Of a stretch of DNA of 62,894 nt, positions 30,302-41,103 are shown piece after piece. The notes beneath the pieces were generated by a model. The model was not told the origin of the DNA, made no database searches, and saw only the letters and a list, made by a program, of their open reading frames with translations. How positions within the stretch are numbered: position 1 is the stretch's first letter; every line of letters begins with the position of its first letter. Origin of the DNA: a virus (taxonomy: Duplodnaviria > Caudoviricetes); IMG/VR virus record IMGVR_UViG_3300023283_000096, positions 1-62,894 of that record; one strand, given 5' to 3'. Made by a program: the position numbers and the translations under genes.

Positions 30302-33300
30302 CGGCGACGATAAGCGAAGCCCGGCGTCGCTGCGCAACAAACGAGCGTTCGAGCGCGCGCAAGCCGAGGCTCAGGAAAAAGAGCGCCGCAAAGCTGCGCT
30401 GGGCTTGTCAGGCCCTGTGTCCGAGCCGGAGCTACGCCAGCTCGAGCGCCAGGCTCAGCGCTCCGGTGGTCTGCGCCAGCGCAACATCGACGAGGTACGT
30501 CTTGACCAGGCCATCGCCCAGGACGAAGCTCAGGCTCAGCAGCGTCAACAGGTGCGTGAGTCTCCGCTGCGCCAGAACAGCGCACCGAGCCTGAGCGCCG
30601 CGCCGGCACCGAATGCTGAGCCTAACCCGTTCAGCCTCAGTGCGCCTATCGGTGACATCGACCAGCTCGAGATCGATACACGTAACCGCCAGCGCAATAC
30701 GTTCCAGCAGGGGCTGGCCCAGGGCCTGCAGAATCTACGCGCCACGGTGCCAGCAGTCGAGTCGATCGGGCGCGGCCTGCTGGGCGACGAAGAGGGCGCA
30801 GTCGAGGCCGCTGAGCGCGCGCAGGAGGCCACCGAGCTCGGTAGCCGGCTTGGCCCGCAGACCTCATTTCAGGGCGTGCTCGACGGGGAGAATAGTTTCG
30901 GTGACTTCCTCGCCGGCCTGGCGGGCACGCAGGCGCCGAATATTGCCAGCATCGCCTTGAGCGGTGGCGCGGCAGGTCTGGCAGGCCGTGCACTGGGTGG
31001 CGCGGCGGTGTCGAGCACGGCCCGTGCTGTCGGCCAGGTGGCAGCTCGGCGTGAGTCGATCCGCAGAGCGCAGCGCACAGCCATCGACCAGGCCAAGGCC
31101 GCCGGCGAGACGATCAGCCGCTCACAGGCTGGCCGGCTCGGCCAGGCTACGACCCGCGCTAACGCGGCGAAAAAACAGCTCGCCGATGTCTTGGCCCGCA
31201 AGCGACGATTCCAGGACCGCGGCACGACGATCGGCCAGGCCGGCGGTGCCGGCTCGTCCATCGCCGCCAGCGTGGCGCCCGAGACGACCGACATTATCCT
31301 CGACGAAGACGCCGGCTCGATCCAGCAGCGCGCCGCAGCCGCAGCCGGCGGTGCGGGCGCGGCGGCTGTGATCAACACGCTGCCGGTCATGCGCCTGTTC
31401 AAGCGCATCGGGCTGGGCACGCGCACCGAGCGCCTGACCCGCCAGCTGGCCGAGCGCCGCGGCCTGCTGCGCAACACTGCCGGCGAGACGTCGAAGCAGG
31501 CGGCGTTCGAGGGCGGCACCGAGGTCGCCGAGGGGCTGATTATCCGCGCCGCGCACAACCAGCTCAACGACAACGTCAGGATCTTCAGCGACGAGGCCAT
31601 CGCCGGCATGATCGAAGAGTTCGCCGCCGGGGCCATCCTGGGCGCTGGTGGTGGTCTGGCCAGCGGAGCGTCGATCACGATCCGTCAGCCTGGGCCGACC
31701 GAGGCGGCCCTCGAGGAGCGCAGCGCCGAGCGCCAGGCACAGAGCCGTGACCGGGCCGTGGACTTCCTGCCTGAAGAAGAACAGGCCCGGCGAGAGCAGC
31801 CGGTCAGCCAGCGCGTGGATCAGGCCGCTGACGGCTTCATCGGCGAAGTAGTCCTCGAGCAGCGCGCGGACCCGCCCAGCTTCGGCGAGGCCCAGGAGGT
31901 CGGCCAGGCATTCCGGGTGCTGCTCGACCCCAGCGCCGATGCCGACGCCGTGGTCCAGGACGAGGCCGGCAACGAGATCAGTGCTGCCGAGGCGGCCACG
32001 CGGGTACTGACCGAGCGCTTCGGCATCGACATCGAGGCTAATCTGGACGTGGCCCGCCAGGCACTGGCTCGGGGTGAGCAGTTCCAGATTGACCGGCTGG
32101 CCGCAGCGCTCGATGAGCGCGCAGCGATCGAGGAGATCGAGGGTACGGTCCCCGAAGGCCAGCCGGGCTCTGAAGAGTTCCGTCTGAACCGCCAGGCGCT
32201 CAACGAAGAGCTTGAGTTCAGGCGTGAGCGGCTACAGGAGATTCTCAACGAGGGCGTGCCTACGGTTGAAGAGACGCTTGATCCGGACGCCGCGCTGAGG
32301 GCACAGGAGCGCCGCACGCAGCTTCAGGAGGAGATTGAAGCCGAAGAAGCTGCTGACCAGGAGGGCATCGACCCCAGGGGCGACGCGCTGGAGGAGATAC
32401 CCAGCCGTGCTCGGCCCGTGTTGAGTACTGAGCAGGGCAACACGCCGCCGGTGGCGCTGAGGGCTAACCAGGGGTTGCAGGGTTCGAATATTCTCGGTCG
32501 AGTGTTCGTTAGTGAAGCGACGCCTCAAGGCGGTAGGCCCGAGAGTCAACGGGGCGCTCAGAATGTAGTTGACGCGCTCAACAACGAGACCGGTTCGGAA
32601 GGACGTTTCGAAGTCCGACCTGCCGGCGACGTACTGGTGCGCGAGCTCAACGCTCGTGCCGGACGTGATGACTCTGAGACCGCGGCAGCGAGCAGTGAAG
32701 TCCAGAGAAATGTAATTGCCGAAGCAAAGAAGATTGAAGAGGCGAACTCGAACATAACAGAGGGCAACACGATAGCCGCGGCAAGACAGCGCATTTTTGA
32801 TACTGCCAGCGAAGCAATCGAAGATATCGACACCCAGCTGGAAGCCGGGGTTGATGCGGACACGCGTGCTCAGCTCGAGCAAGAAAAAGCGAGAGCAGAA
32901 GCTGATTTACGTAATATCGAGTTTCTGGGTTCCCTCCAGTTCCTCAACCAGTTCGACACCGTCGTCGAAGAACAGCTCGGCGCGTCGTTGACCGGTGCCG
33001 ATCCACTGGCGCTGACACCGGACCAGCTGCGCTCTCGTGGCATCGTCCAGCCGGTGCCGCGGGGCAGGCCACTGGAGCCGTTCGAGCTGCGCGTGCGCGA
33101 CAGCCAGGGCGAGTCACGCATCGTCAACCTGGTCTCACTGACCCAGGAGACGCTTGGCCGGCTGGTCGGCGACGGGCTGGCTGGCCGCGGTGGTACTCGC
33201 GAACAACGCCAGCGCCGCGGCCAGCAGCGCGAAGAGGGCTCGTCGGGTCCGAGTGTCACCCGCGAGAACATCGGACGGGCGGTCACATCAGGCCTGGCTG

Positions 33301-36300
33301 AGATTCTGACGCGCAACAACATACAGCTCGACCTGCAGGATGGTCAGCAGGTGGACCAGAACCAGGACGCTCTCGACGCCACGCTGCGCCAGCTCGGAGA
33401 GGTCCAGGGGCAGATCGAGACGCTCAGGAGCCAGGACCAGCCGGTGCCCGACGCGCTTACGCAGCAGGCCGCTGAGCTCGAGCAGAGCCTCGCCGACGAG
33501 TTCCAGGCCCAGATCAACGCCGTGGCCATCAACCCGCAGACCGTGGCGTTTCGTAGCCGCGGCGGGGTCGAGACAACCGTAGGCGGCTCGACACAGGATG
33601 GTGTGGCCGCGTTCAAAGCCGAGATCCGCAACGCGACGAATATCCGCCCGGTGCAGGAGCGGGTGCGCCAGCTCAAGGCTGAGCGCGACGCGATTCCCAA
33701 GGGTCAACAGACCGAGCGTCGCAAGGCGTTAACCGAGCAGATCAGTGCGGCGAACCAGAAGATTCGTCAGCTGCGGGGTGCCCGGCAGGAGACCAAGCGC
33801 GTCAAATCCGGTGAGACCCGCTCGATCGACAGCCGTGTCGATCAGCTCCAGCGGCGCGTCGACGAGCTGCGCGGCCTGCTCGGGGCGAATATCAGCAGGA
33901 AAGAATTCAAAACTGAGCTGACTCGGGCACTCAAGCGGGTTGTGGGGTCGATCAGCTTAAATGGTGTGCGTACTGAGCGGCTGGCCATCACCTCCACGGC
34001 AGACCCGAACGCCGCACCGACGTTGCCGGTGGTCGAGGGCAACGAGCGCAACATTGCCAGGGACCAGGCCAAGGCCGACAAGGCCGCGGAGCTGGCCAAG
34101 GCCAGTGGCGGGCAGGCCAAGTACATCGGCCAGGGCTCGGCGCGTTCATCGACGAACCTGTACCGGACGGTCTACGGGCCACGGGCCAACCCGGGAACGT
34201 TTAACGCCAACGATGCGGTGTTCCTGTCTGTCGAAGGTAACCGGCGAGGTTCAGTTGGCTTTGAGCCGGTACGGGGCGAGGTCAAGCGGGCGATTAACGC
34301 GGGCGTGCCGATCATTACTGACAACCCGAAGAACCGCGGCGAGACGTCGACGAAGGCCACACAGCGGTTTGAGAGTCTGGGCCGGCGAGTCAGGGCTGCG
34401 CGCAAGGCTCGTGAGAAAATGCAGGCCCAGGCCGAGCGCGTGCAGGCGCAGATCAAGAAGACGCTCGAACCAATCGCCGCACAAGAAGCTGTAGGCGACG
34501 CTGCGCCTATTACCACGCAAATCGGTGATGTTGACCGTGAGATTCGTAGTCTGCAGAGTTCACGGGAGAGCGTGGAGCTTGATACCAAGCTACTGGTAAA
34601 TTTGCCTGACACGACCGTGGCCACACGGCGCAGGCAGATGAAGCAGCTGGTCGACAAACTCGAAGAAATCGACGGGGCACTGAACAAGGCCCTGATGCGT
34701 AAAAGGAGCCTTGTCGAAGAACTGGGCCGCACTCAGCGCCCGAACACGTCTGGTCCTGCTGCCGCACGTGTACGGCGTGCACAAGAACGCCTGGCTCAGC
34801 TGCGCACGGCGACGAAAGCCTTCGAACGGCGAGCTGAAGCCTTGGCGCGACAGCAAGAAACAGCTCGAGACTTCAACACCGGCGAGCGCGCCGCGGCGAA
34901 TTTCCTGCGCGAGAATGGCTACGAAGAGACTGTCGAGGGTGAGCTGTCGATCTGGCGGCGCCGGCGCAACGACGTGCCGTCGTCCGAGCCTGTCGCGCAG
35001 CCTGAGCCTGCACCGGCTGCCGAACCTGAGTTGCCGACGATCACGGACGAGGAGTTTTCGACGTTCAGGAACACACCGATCAAGTTTACTCAGGAGAAGA
35101 TTGCGGAGCTGCGCGATAACCGCGTGGATGCTGAGCTGCAGGCGAGCCCGGACGGACGTTTCAGAGAACAAATTCCCCAGCGGATGGCTGAACAGCTGGT
35201 TCGCGAACGGGGCTTCAGTGCCAAGCAGGCGGCGAACACAGTCACTGAAATTTTCGACATTGTCGATGACTTCGTAGGCCGTTTCGGTTTGTCCTGGCCA
35301 AATGTGGTTTTGAGCGATGCGTCTGGAGGGCTGGGTTTGTATATGCCCCCGTCGAATACGGTCTTCCTCAATATAAAAAGATTAGGTAAAGACGGTCTTA
35401 CTGTTGAGAATCGCCAGACACTCATTCACGAACTCAGCCATGCGCTTGAATACGACGCGCTGCTTAATTCGTCGAAAGAAGAGCTGTCTGCGTTGGTCAG
35501 GGAATATAACAAGTGGCGCGCCCAAGCCAAACGTCGTATCGACGCTGCTACGACCGATGATGCAAAAGTGGAAGTTCTTGAAGCGTTGCTAGGTGAAAAA
35601 CGGGGCCAGCCGTCGGGCGTTCCAAGCGACCTCAAAAAAGCCGAAACCTACGTACTCAGCCCCCGTGAGTGGTTCGCGGACAATGCTACACGTATGATCC
35701 TCGAAGGCAGCGCCAACAATGTCAACGACCCGCTGGCGCTGGGCGTACTCAAGCGCCTGGCCGACAAGCTCAAGGAAATGTTTGGTATCTTCTTCAAGCG
35801 CTCGGCATCAACGCCGGAGCTGCGCAAATTCCTGATCAAGATGCGCAATGCGGCGAATCCCGAGCTGGAGACAGAGCCGACGCAGCCGCAGGACTTCCGA
35901 GTGCCCGAGAAGAAACTCTCCGAGGCCGAGCAGCGCCGCCTCGAAGAGCTCAAGGCTGAAGAGCAGCGCGTCATGGAGCGCAAGCTCGAGTTCGAGCAGC
36001 TGCGCAAGCAGATCGAGGAGGCTGGCACGTCGAACACGGTCAAGGTACTCGAAGCCCAGATCCGCACGCTGCAGCTGATTCGCCAACAGCAGATCGCCCA
36101 GCGCCGGGAAGCCGAGGCCCTGCAGCGCACGCCTGAGCAGCGTCAGGCCGAGGTACTGCGCGGTGACCAGCGCGACGAGCGCGCCGAGGAACAGGCCGGC
36201 GATTCAGTCGTGGATAACCCCGGCGCCCAGGAAGCTCAGGATGCAGCGCTGCCGCAGGACCAGCGCATCGCACCGCCGCCGTGGATCAAGTCTGCCGACG

Positions 36301-39300
36301 AGCGCCGGTCATTCAGCCCACCGTCGTTCGCGCAGCTGCGCAACGAGCAGAACCGGCTGGTCCAGGATCTCCAGGATGCCGGTGTCGAAGGGCTGGACGT
36401 CAAGATCGTCGACTGGTCGGATGCTACTGAAATGTTCGACAGCATCACCGCCAAACGCAAGACCCTGGAGAACGTCGAGTCGCTGAGCCGAGTCAAGGAT
36501 GGCCGGGTCGAGATCTGGGTCAACGAGGCCATGTTCCAGGACAACCCGTCGGGCCGGCGCGCAGCACTGAATAACGAAGTCGCACGCGCTGCGCTGCTGC
36601 AGCGGGCGAGCCAGCTGACAGAACAGCAGGCTGCCGCTGCGGTCAAGGCGCTGGGATTCAAGGGCGGCAAGGCGCAGTTGATGCGGGTGCTCGGCGCGCG
36701 TACAGGTGGGCTGGGCGCGCTGCAGCGTCGGGATCGTAATGCCGCGCGCAGGCTCTACGAGGCACTGGCCGGGAAGGTGGATAAGCCGGGCAAGAATTCG
36801 TTCTTCAAGGATGTGCGCAGCCTGGCGCGCGGGCTGATCAAGGCGACGGACTCGACGATCTCCGAGGCCAGCCTGATCCGTGACATTCCGAAGGCGACGG
36901 GGCGCGTGGGCAACGTGCAGCGGTTCTCGTCGATGTGGGCCGAGGGCAAGCGCCGCTCGCGGTTCATGAACACACAGTCCAACGCCAACAAAGCCGCCAA
37001 GGCTGCCCTGGAAGGCGAGGCGCGGCCCGCGAACAAGAAGCGCAAGCCGCCAGACCCGCCGAGCAAGCCTCCACCGCCACAGGCCGGCTCAGGCGGCTCA
37101 GGCAGCGGCGGTGGGCGTCGAGGACCCCCATCAGCGGCACCGGCCTCGCCTGACGACGCCTACGGGGCCTACTTCATGCTCGGTGACACGTTTACCGTCC
37201 AGGGGTTCTATGCCTCGCGGGATCTGATCATCTCGAAGCTGACCGACGGCGAGCGTGGCACACTGGCCCGGGCGCTGCAGTCGCTGCCGGTGCGCCGCCA
37301 GATGCTCGACTTTTTGACCGAGCAGGGCATCGACGGGCGCCAGCGCGAGGTGTTCATGGACGACCCGTTCAACCAGATGGCGCTGGGCTACCAGCTGTTC
37401 GCCGCGGGCCGGCTGCAGCTCGAGGAGTCGCCCAGCCGGGTCATGAAGGGCCTGAACACGTTCGCCCACAAGGTCCTGGGCACGCTGAAGACGACTGAGC
37501 AGGCCACGGAGATCATGGCCGCACTCAGCGACGCCCGGATCGAGGCACGCCAGTCCAGGCTGCAGCGCGAGGCCAAGGAGGGTTCGTTCCTGGCCGCTGG
37601 CGAGTATGCGCTGACCTCGGGTGACCTCACGGCTATGTACGACATGCTTGACTCGGCAGGGCTGTTCAAGGCCAAGCGGCGCAAGAACATGAGTGAGACC
37701 GACGTGCGCCAGGTGCTCGAGCAGGACCCTGAGATTGGCCGGCTGCCGAAGCTCGTGCAGCAGCGTATCGCCAAGGATGTCAAGGCCGGGGTGTTCACTG
37801 AGAAATTTACCAGTGAGATGGCCCAGCTCAGCGATTTCACGCTCGACCCGGATGCACAGTTCGAGGTCCAGAAGATCGTAGGCAACAACAAGTTGCAGCG
37901 CGCGGCGCGGGCTGTGGCCGCGGCAATTCAGTTCCTGGGTCCGGTAGGCCGGCTAATCGGCGGCGAGGCGATGCGCGCGCGGTTCACGGGTAACGCGGCG
38001 ATCATCGACTTCATGAACTCGATCATGACCGACGTGACCTCACAGGGGCGCGCAGAGTCAATGATCAACGCCAAGCAGCGCGCCAAGAGCCGGTTCGACT
38101 CACAGATGCAGAACATCTTGAACAAGCTCACCGAAGAGCAGCAGGTCGAACTCATGGAGGTCATGCAGGACACCAAGGCCCGGTCGAAGGACCCGGAGGT
38201 GGTCGCAGCACGCGAAGAGATGGCCAAGTTGACGGTGCGGATGCGCAACTACGCACTGCGGGCGGGGTTGAAGCTGGGGGATCGGGGGCGGGATTACGTG
38301 CCGCTGGTGTTCGACCCGGAGGCGACGGCCAAAAAAGCCGAAGAGTTGATCGAAGACTGGATGCGGCCTCGGTTCAAGCGGGGGTGGGAAGAGCTGGCAA
38401 GAGAGCGAGGGTTGATCAAGGCGAAGGAGAAGCTGAGCGAGGCCGATCGGCGCCAGATGGTCATCCGTACGGTCAACGCCATTGCCACCGAGAACAACGG
38501 GCTGGTCGACAGCGGGGCGCTGGATGCGACGAATGTCTCCGAGACGCCGCCGCGGGTCAACGCCATGAACAAGCGCGAGCTGGCGTTCATCGTCGACGAG
38601 GGCGACGCGACGTCGTCGAAGCTGCTGGCCAGTGTGCGCAGCAAGGACCTGAACGGCACCTACGCGGTCTATATTTCACAGCTGGTCAAGCGGGCGGAGT
38701 ATGCGCGGACGTTCGGCGCGGATGGAGGGAAGTTCAAGCGCCAGGTGGCCCGGGCGCGGGAACTGGGTGCGACGCAGGACGACATTGAGTTGATGAACAA
38801 CATCGCCGCGTCGGCGTTGGGAAGGATCGGCTTAGAGGTCTCCCCGTTCTGGAAGGCCGTGATGAAGCCGATTGAAGCGGCGTTTCAGAAGCCGTTGCTC
38901 AATGAACAGGGCAAGCCCTTCGCCACTGCGGAGGCTGCGAGTAAGGCAAAGAAGGCTCAGAAGGTCAAGGGGCGGGTAATCGAGTCGCCGCAGGGCGGAG
39001 GGTTCATTGTGGACCGGGCCATTACCAACGACCCGGTGCGGTTCCGGCAGGCCATGTCATGGATCGTGACCTACCAGAACCTGAGGATTCTTTCGATGGC
39101 GGCGTTTACCAACGCCGCGGATATGGCGGGGCTGTTTTTCAGGACCGGAAGCCCCGGGGCGGCGCTGAAGGGTTACAAGGCGGGGCTGAGTGACGTCATG
39201 CGCTCGATTCAGAACCGGAAGCTGCCGCCCAAGGAGAGGGCCGCGCAGATGTCTGAGCTGCGCAAACTGGGCCAGGATCTGGGTATCATCGAGTTCGGCG

Positions 39301-40388
39301 TGATCTCCGACATTCTGGGCCAGGCCTACGGCAACAACCACCTGTCCGGCACGGCCAAGCGCTGGAATGACAAGTTCTTCCGGTTCAACGGCATGGAGCA
39401 CCTGACCCGCACGACGCGGCTGGCGGCGCTGGCCTCGGGCCGGGCCTACCTGGTCAGCAAGGCCCGGCAGGCCGCCCAAGGCGACCAGGGCGCCATTCAG
39501 GAGCTGGCCGAGCTCGACGTGGACGCCACTGACTTGACAGTCGAAAACGGCGAGCTCAAGCTGCTCAGCGAGACCGAGGTGACCGACATTTTAGACCCGA
39601 TGGGCCTGACCAGCTCTGACCTGGCCGCTGAGACGCTCAGCCAGCAGCAGTTCGACGCGCTGCCCGAGGGCCGGGAGAAAGACCGTCAGCGCCAGCTCAG
39701 GCGCCTGGCGCGCGACGAGCGGGCCAAGCGCGCACTGGTGCGCATGGTCGACGAGACGGTGCTCCGGCCCAACGCCACGCAGCGTGCGACGTGGATGAAC
39801 AACCCGAACTGGCAGGTGTTCAGCCACCTGAAGGGCTTTTTGTTCACCTACCAGGAACGGGTGCTGCGCCGTGGCTACACCCAGGCCAGCCAAGGTAACT
39901 ATGCACCCATGATGCAGATGTCGGCCTACGTGGGGATGATCATGGCGATGGACATTCTGCGGGAGTTCGTGCAGCATGGACCGGGGGGAGACGAGCGCAA
40001 GGAGGACTGGACGTTCGGGGATCGAGTAGCAGACGGGTTCAGGCGGGCAGGTGTGGCGGGTCAGTTCACGTTCGTCATGGATATGGCACAGGCCAACGAA
40101 TTCGGCTCGTCGATGTTCTTTGAAGCGCCCGGCCCCACGGTCAGCCAGCTTGGCCAGCTGCAGCGGGCGTTTATCTCGGGCCGGGCCAACAAGGCCACGG
40201 CAATCAAGCGGGCCATCCCGGGCAGCCAGCTGGTGATCGACGCGCCGGTCAACTACATGGACTTCTTCCTGGACTCGACGCTGGATCTGAGCCTGAGTGA
40301 CCCGCGCACCGTCACGACGTTGAGCGAGTCACCTGTGGCCAGCAGGGAGCTCCAGCGCGAGGCACGCGCCCTACTCTTCCGAGAGTAA
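30294..40388 (+). CDS. Giant (3364 aa) internal virion / polyvalent protein with zincin-like peptidase domain
   Basis: LIHELSHA (35427-35441) plus downstream REWFAD; helical C-terminus resembling podoviral ejection proteins; last late gene. Confidence 0.75.
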   Translation: MANGDDKRSPASLRNKRAFERAQAEAQEKERRKAALGLSGPVSEPELRQLERQAQRSGGLRQRNIDEVRLDQAIAQDEAQAQQRQQVRESPLRQNSAPSLSAAPAPNAEPNPFSLSAPIGDIDQLEIDTRNRQRNTFQQGLAQGLQNLRATVPAVESIGRGLLGDEEGAVEAAERAQEATELGSRLGPQTSFQGVLDGENSFGDFLAGLAGTQAPNIASIALSGGAAGLAGRALGGAAVSSTARAVGQVAARRESIRRAQRTAIDQAKAAGETISRSQAGRLGQATTRANAAKKQLADVLARKRRFQDRGTTIGQAGGAGSSIAASVAPETTDIILDEDAGSIQQRAAAAAGGAGAAAVINTLPVMRLFKRIGLGTRTERLTRQLAERRGLLRNTAGETSKQAAFEGGTEVAEGLIIRAAHNQLNDNVRIFSDEAIAGMIEEFAAGAILGAGGGLASGASITIRQPGPTEAALEERSAERQAQSRDRAVDFLPEEEQARREQPVSQRVDQAADGFIGEVVLEQRADPPSFGEAQEVGQAFRVLLDPSADADAVVQDEAGNEISAAEAATRVLTERFGIDIEANLDVARQALARGEQFQIDRLAAALDERAAIEEIEGTVPEGQPGSEEFRLNRQALNEELEFRRERLQEILNEGVPTVEETLDPDAALRAQERRTQLQEEIEAEEAADQEGIDPRGDALEEIPSRARPVLSTEQGNTPPVALRANQGLQGSNILGRVFVSEATPQGGRPESQRGAQNVVDALNNETGSEGRFEVRPAGDVLVRELNARAGRDDSETAAASSEVQRNVIAEAKKIEEANSNITEGNTIAAARQRIFDTASEAIEDIDTQLEAGVDADTRAQLEQEKARAEADLRNIEFLGSLQFLNQFDTVVEEQLGASLTGADPLALTPDQLRSRGIVQPVPRGRPLEPFELRVRDSQGESRIVNLVSLTQETLGRLVGDGLAGRGGTREQRQRRGQQREEGSSGPSVTRENIGRAVTSGLAEILTRNNIQLDLQDGQQVDQNQDALDATLRQLGEVQGQIETLRSQDQPVPDALTQQAAELEQSLADEFQAQINAVAINPQTVAFRSRGGVETTVGGSTQDGVAAFKAEIRNATNIRPVQERVRQLKAERDAIPKGQQTERRKALTEQISAANQKIRQLRGARQETKRVKSGETRSIDSRVDQLQRRVDELRGLLGANISRKEFKTELTRALKRVVGSISLNGVRTERLAITSTADPNAAPTLPVVEGNERNIARDQAKADKAAELAKASGGQAKYIGQGSARSSTNLYRTVYGPRANPGTFNANDAVFLSVEGNRRGSVGFEPVRGEVKRAINAGVPIITDNPKNRGETSTKATQRFESLGRRVRAARKAREKMQAQAERVQAQIKKTLEPIAAQEAVGDAAPITTQIGDVDREIRSLQSSRESVELDTKLLVNLPDTTVATRRRQMKQLVDKLEEIDGALNKALMRKRSLVEELGRTQRPNTSGPAAARVRRAQERLAQLRTATKAFERRAEALARQQETARDFNTGERAAANFLRENGYEETVEGELSIWRRRRNDVPSSEPVAQPEPAPAAEPELPTITDEEFSTFRNTPIKFTQEKIAELRDNRVDAELQASPDGRFREQIPQRMAEQLVRERGFSAKQAANTVTEIFDIVDDFVGRFGLSWPNVVLSDASGGLGLYMPPSNTVFLNIKRLGKDGLTVENRQTLIHELSHALEYDALLNSSKEELSALVREYNKWRAQAKRRIDAATTDDAKVEVLEALLGEKRGQPSGVPSDLKKAETYVLSPREWFADNATRMILEGSANNVNDPLALGVLKRLADKLKEMFGIFFKRSASTPELRKFLIKMRNAANPELETEPTQPQDFRVPEKKLSEAEQRRLEELKAEEQRVMERKLEFEQLRKQIEEAGTSNTVKVLEAQIRTLQLIRQQQIAQRREAEALQRTPEQRQAEVLRGDQRDERAEEQAGDSVVDNPGAQEAQDAALPQDQRIAPPPWIKSADERRSFSPPSFAQLRNEQNRLVQDLQDAGVEGLDVKIVDWSDATEMFDSITAKRKTLENVESLSRVKDGRVEIWVNEAMFQDNPSGRRAALNNEVARAALLQRASQLTEQQAAAAVKALGFKGGKAQLMRVLGARTGGLGALQRRDRNAARRLYEALAGKVDKPGKNSFFKDVRSLARGLIKATDSTISEASLIRDIPKATGRVGNVQRFSSMWAEGKRRSRFMNTQSNANKAAKAALEGEARPANKKRKPPDPPSKPPPPQAGSGGSGSGGGRRGPPSAAPASPDDAYGAYFMLGDTFTVQGFYASRDLIISKLTDGERGTLARALQSLPVRRQMLDFLTEQGIDGRQREVFMDDPFNQMALGYQLFAAGRLQLEESPSRVMKGLNTFAHKVLGTLKTTEQATEIMAALSDARIEARQSRLQREAKEGSFLAAGEYALTSGDLTAMYDMLDSAGLFKAKRRKNMSETDVRQVLEQDPEIGRLPKLVQQRIAKDVKAGVFTEKFTSEMAQLSDFTLDPDAQFEVQKIVGNNKLQRAARAVAAAIQFLGPVGRLIGGEAMRARFTGNAAIIDFMNSIMTDVTSQGRAESMINAKQRAKSRFDSQMQNILNKLTEEQQVELMEVMQDTKARSKDPEVVAAREEMAKLTVRMRNYALRAGLKLGDRGRDYVPLVFDPEATAKKAEELIEDWMRPRFKRGWEELARERGLIKAKEKLSEADRRQMVIRTVNAIATENNGLVDSGALDATNVSETPPRVNAMNKRELAFIVDEGDATSSKLLASVRSKDLNGTYAVYISQLVKRAEYARTFGADGGKFKRQVARARELGATQDDIELMNNIAASALGRIGLEVSPFWKAVMKPIEAAFQKPLLNEQGKPFATAEAASKAKKAQKVKGRVIESPQGGGFIVDRAITNDPVRFRQAMSWIVTYQNLRILSMAAFTNAADMAGLFFRTGSPGAALKGYKAGLSDVMRSIQNRKLPPKERAAQMSELRKLGQDLGIIEFGVISDILGQAYGNNHLSGTAKRWNDKFFRFNGMEHLTRTTRLAALASGRAYLVSKARQAAQGDQGAIQELAELDVDATDLTVENGELKLLSETEVTDILDPMGLTSSDLAAETLSQQQFDALPEGREKDRQRQLRRLARDERAKRALVRMVDETVLRPNATQRATWMNNPNWQVFSHLKGFLFTYQERVLRRGYTQASQGNYAPMMQMSAYVGMIMAMDILREFVQHGPGGDERKEDWTFGDRVADGFRRAGVAGQFTFVMDMAQANEFGSSMFFEAPGPTVSQLGQLQRAFISGRANKATAIKRAIPGSQLVIDAPVNYMDFFLDSTLDLSLSDPRTVTTLSESPVASRELQREARALLFRE

Positions 40389-40610
40389 CAGTTCGGGTCT
40401 GTTCTGCTTCTTGCGCAGTGTGGCCACGCGTTGCTCGACGAAAGTCTTGGCCAGCGGACTCGTGCGGGCCAGTTCCCGTAACAGCGTGGCCAGTGCCTCG
40501 CACACAGCATCTGATGTATTGCCCTCTTGGCGCTTCGCCTGCAGGAAGGTGAGCATAACCAGATCGTTGATGGCTTTGTCGGCTTCATGTCTGTTGCGGA
40601 TGGTGTTCAT
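40371..40610 (-). CDS. Hypothetical protein
   Basis: GGAGG RBS, ATGA overlap; 18-nt convergent overlap with the giant gene. Confidence 0.6.
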   Translation of the reverse strand: MNTIRNRHEADKAINDLVMLTFLQAKRQEGNTSDAVCEALATLLRELARTSPLAKTFVEQRVATLRKKQNRPELLLSEE

Positions 40611-40915
40611 GTGCCCTCCGGCTGGATTTCCCAGTCACCATAGTATTCTAGCGTATTGTCAGAATGTTCAAGCCTGACCAAGCCGTCGTAGAACTTCATA
40701 TTCAGTGCTACGTCGTCAAACCGTTCCCAGCCGGTAGCGTAGTAAGCCATTAAGCACGCACCGGGCGATGCAAAAAACACATTCACGTCGGACATGTAAG
40801 TAAAATGAATGGCGACGATATCACGAATAATCGGGCCATCGAAGCCCCAGTCATCCATGTCTTCGTCGGGGTCGGCACGGCCGTGAAATAGCCGCAACTG
40901 CAGCTTGTTATTCAT
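40607..40915 (-). CDS. Hypothetical phage protein
   Basis: LFHGRADPDEDMDDWGFDGP...YYGDW; coupled. Confidence 0.7.
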   Translation of the reverse strand: MNNKLQLRLFHGRADPDEDMDDWGFDGPIIRDIVAIHFTYMSDVNVFFASPGACLMAYYATGWERFDDVALNMKFYDGLVRLEHSDNTLEYYGDWEIQPEGT

Positions 40916-41103
40916 ACCTCCTCCAGATCATTTTCGTGAATCATCAGCCCGCTCCGACTGTCGCCGGCGAACCGCACATGCGCCCACCAGCCGTTACGCC
41001 ACTTTTCGACCCTGGTCACCCACACGACTTCGCCGGGATCGTCCTTGTAGCGCGGCTTGGTACGGTAGTAGCGGTGGGCGTTGATTGACGGTGCGGTGTT
41101 CAT
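40912..41103 (-). CDS. Hypothetical protein
   Basis: 63 aa, ATGA-coupled on both sides. Confidence 0.55.
   Translation of the reverse strand: MNTAPSINAHRYYRTKPRYKDDPGEVVWVTRVEKWRNGWWAHVRFAGDSRSGLMIHENDLEEV

Noticed and set aside
30294-40388. N4-like or crAss-like virion RNA polymerase (similar size)
   Set aside because: No RxxxKxxxxxxxYG or DxDxD catalytic motifs seen by eye; a profile search would be needed to exclude it fully
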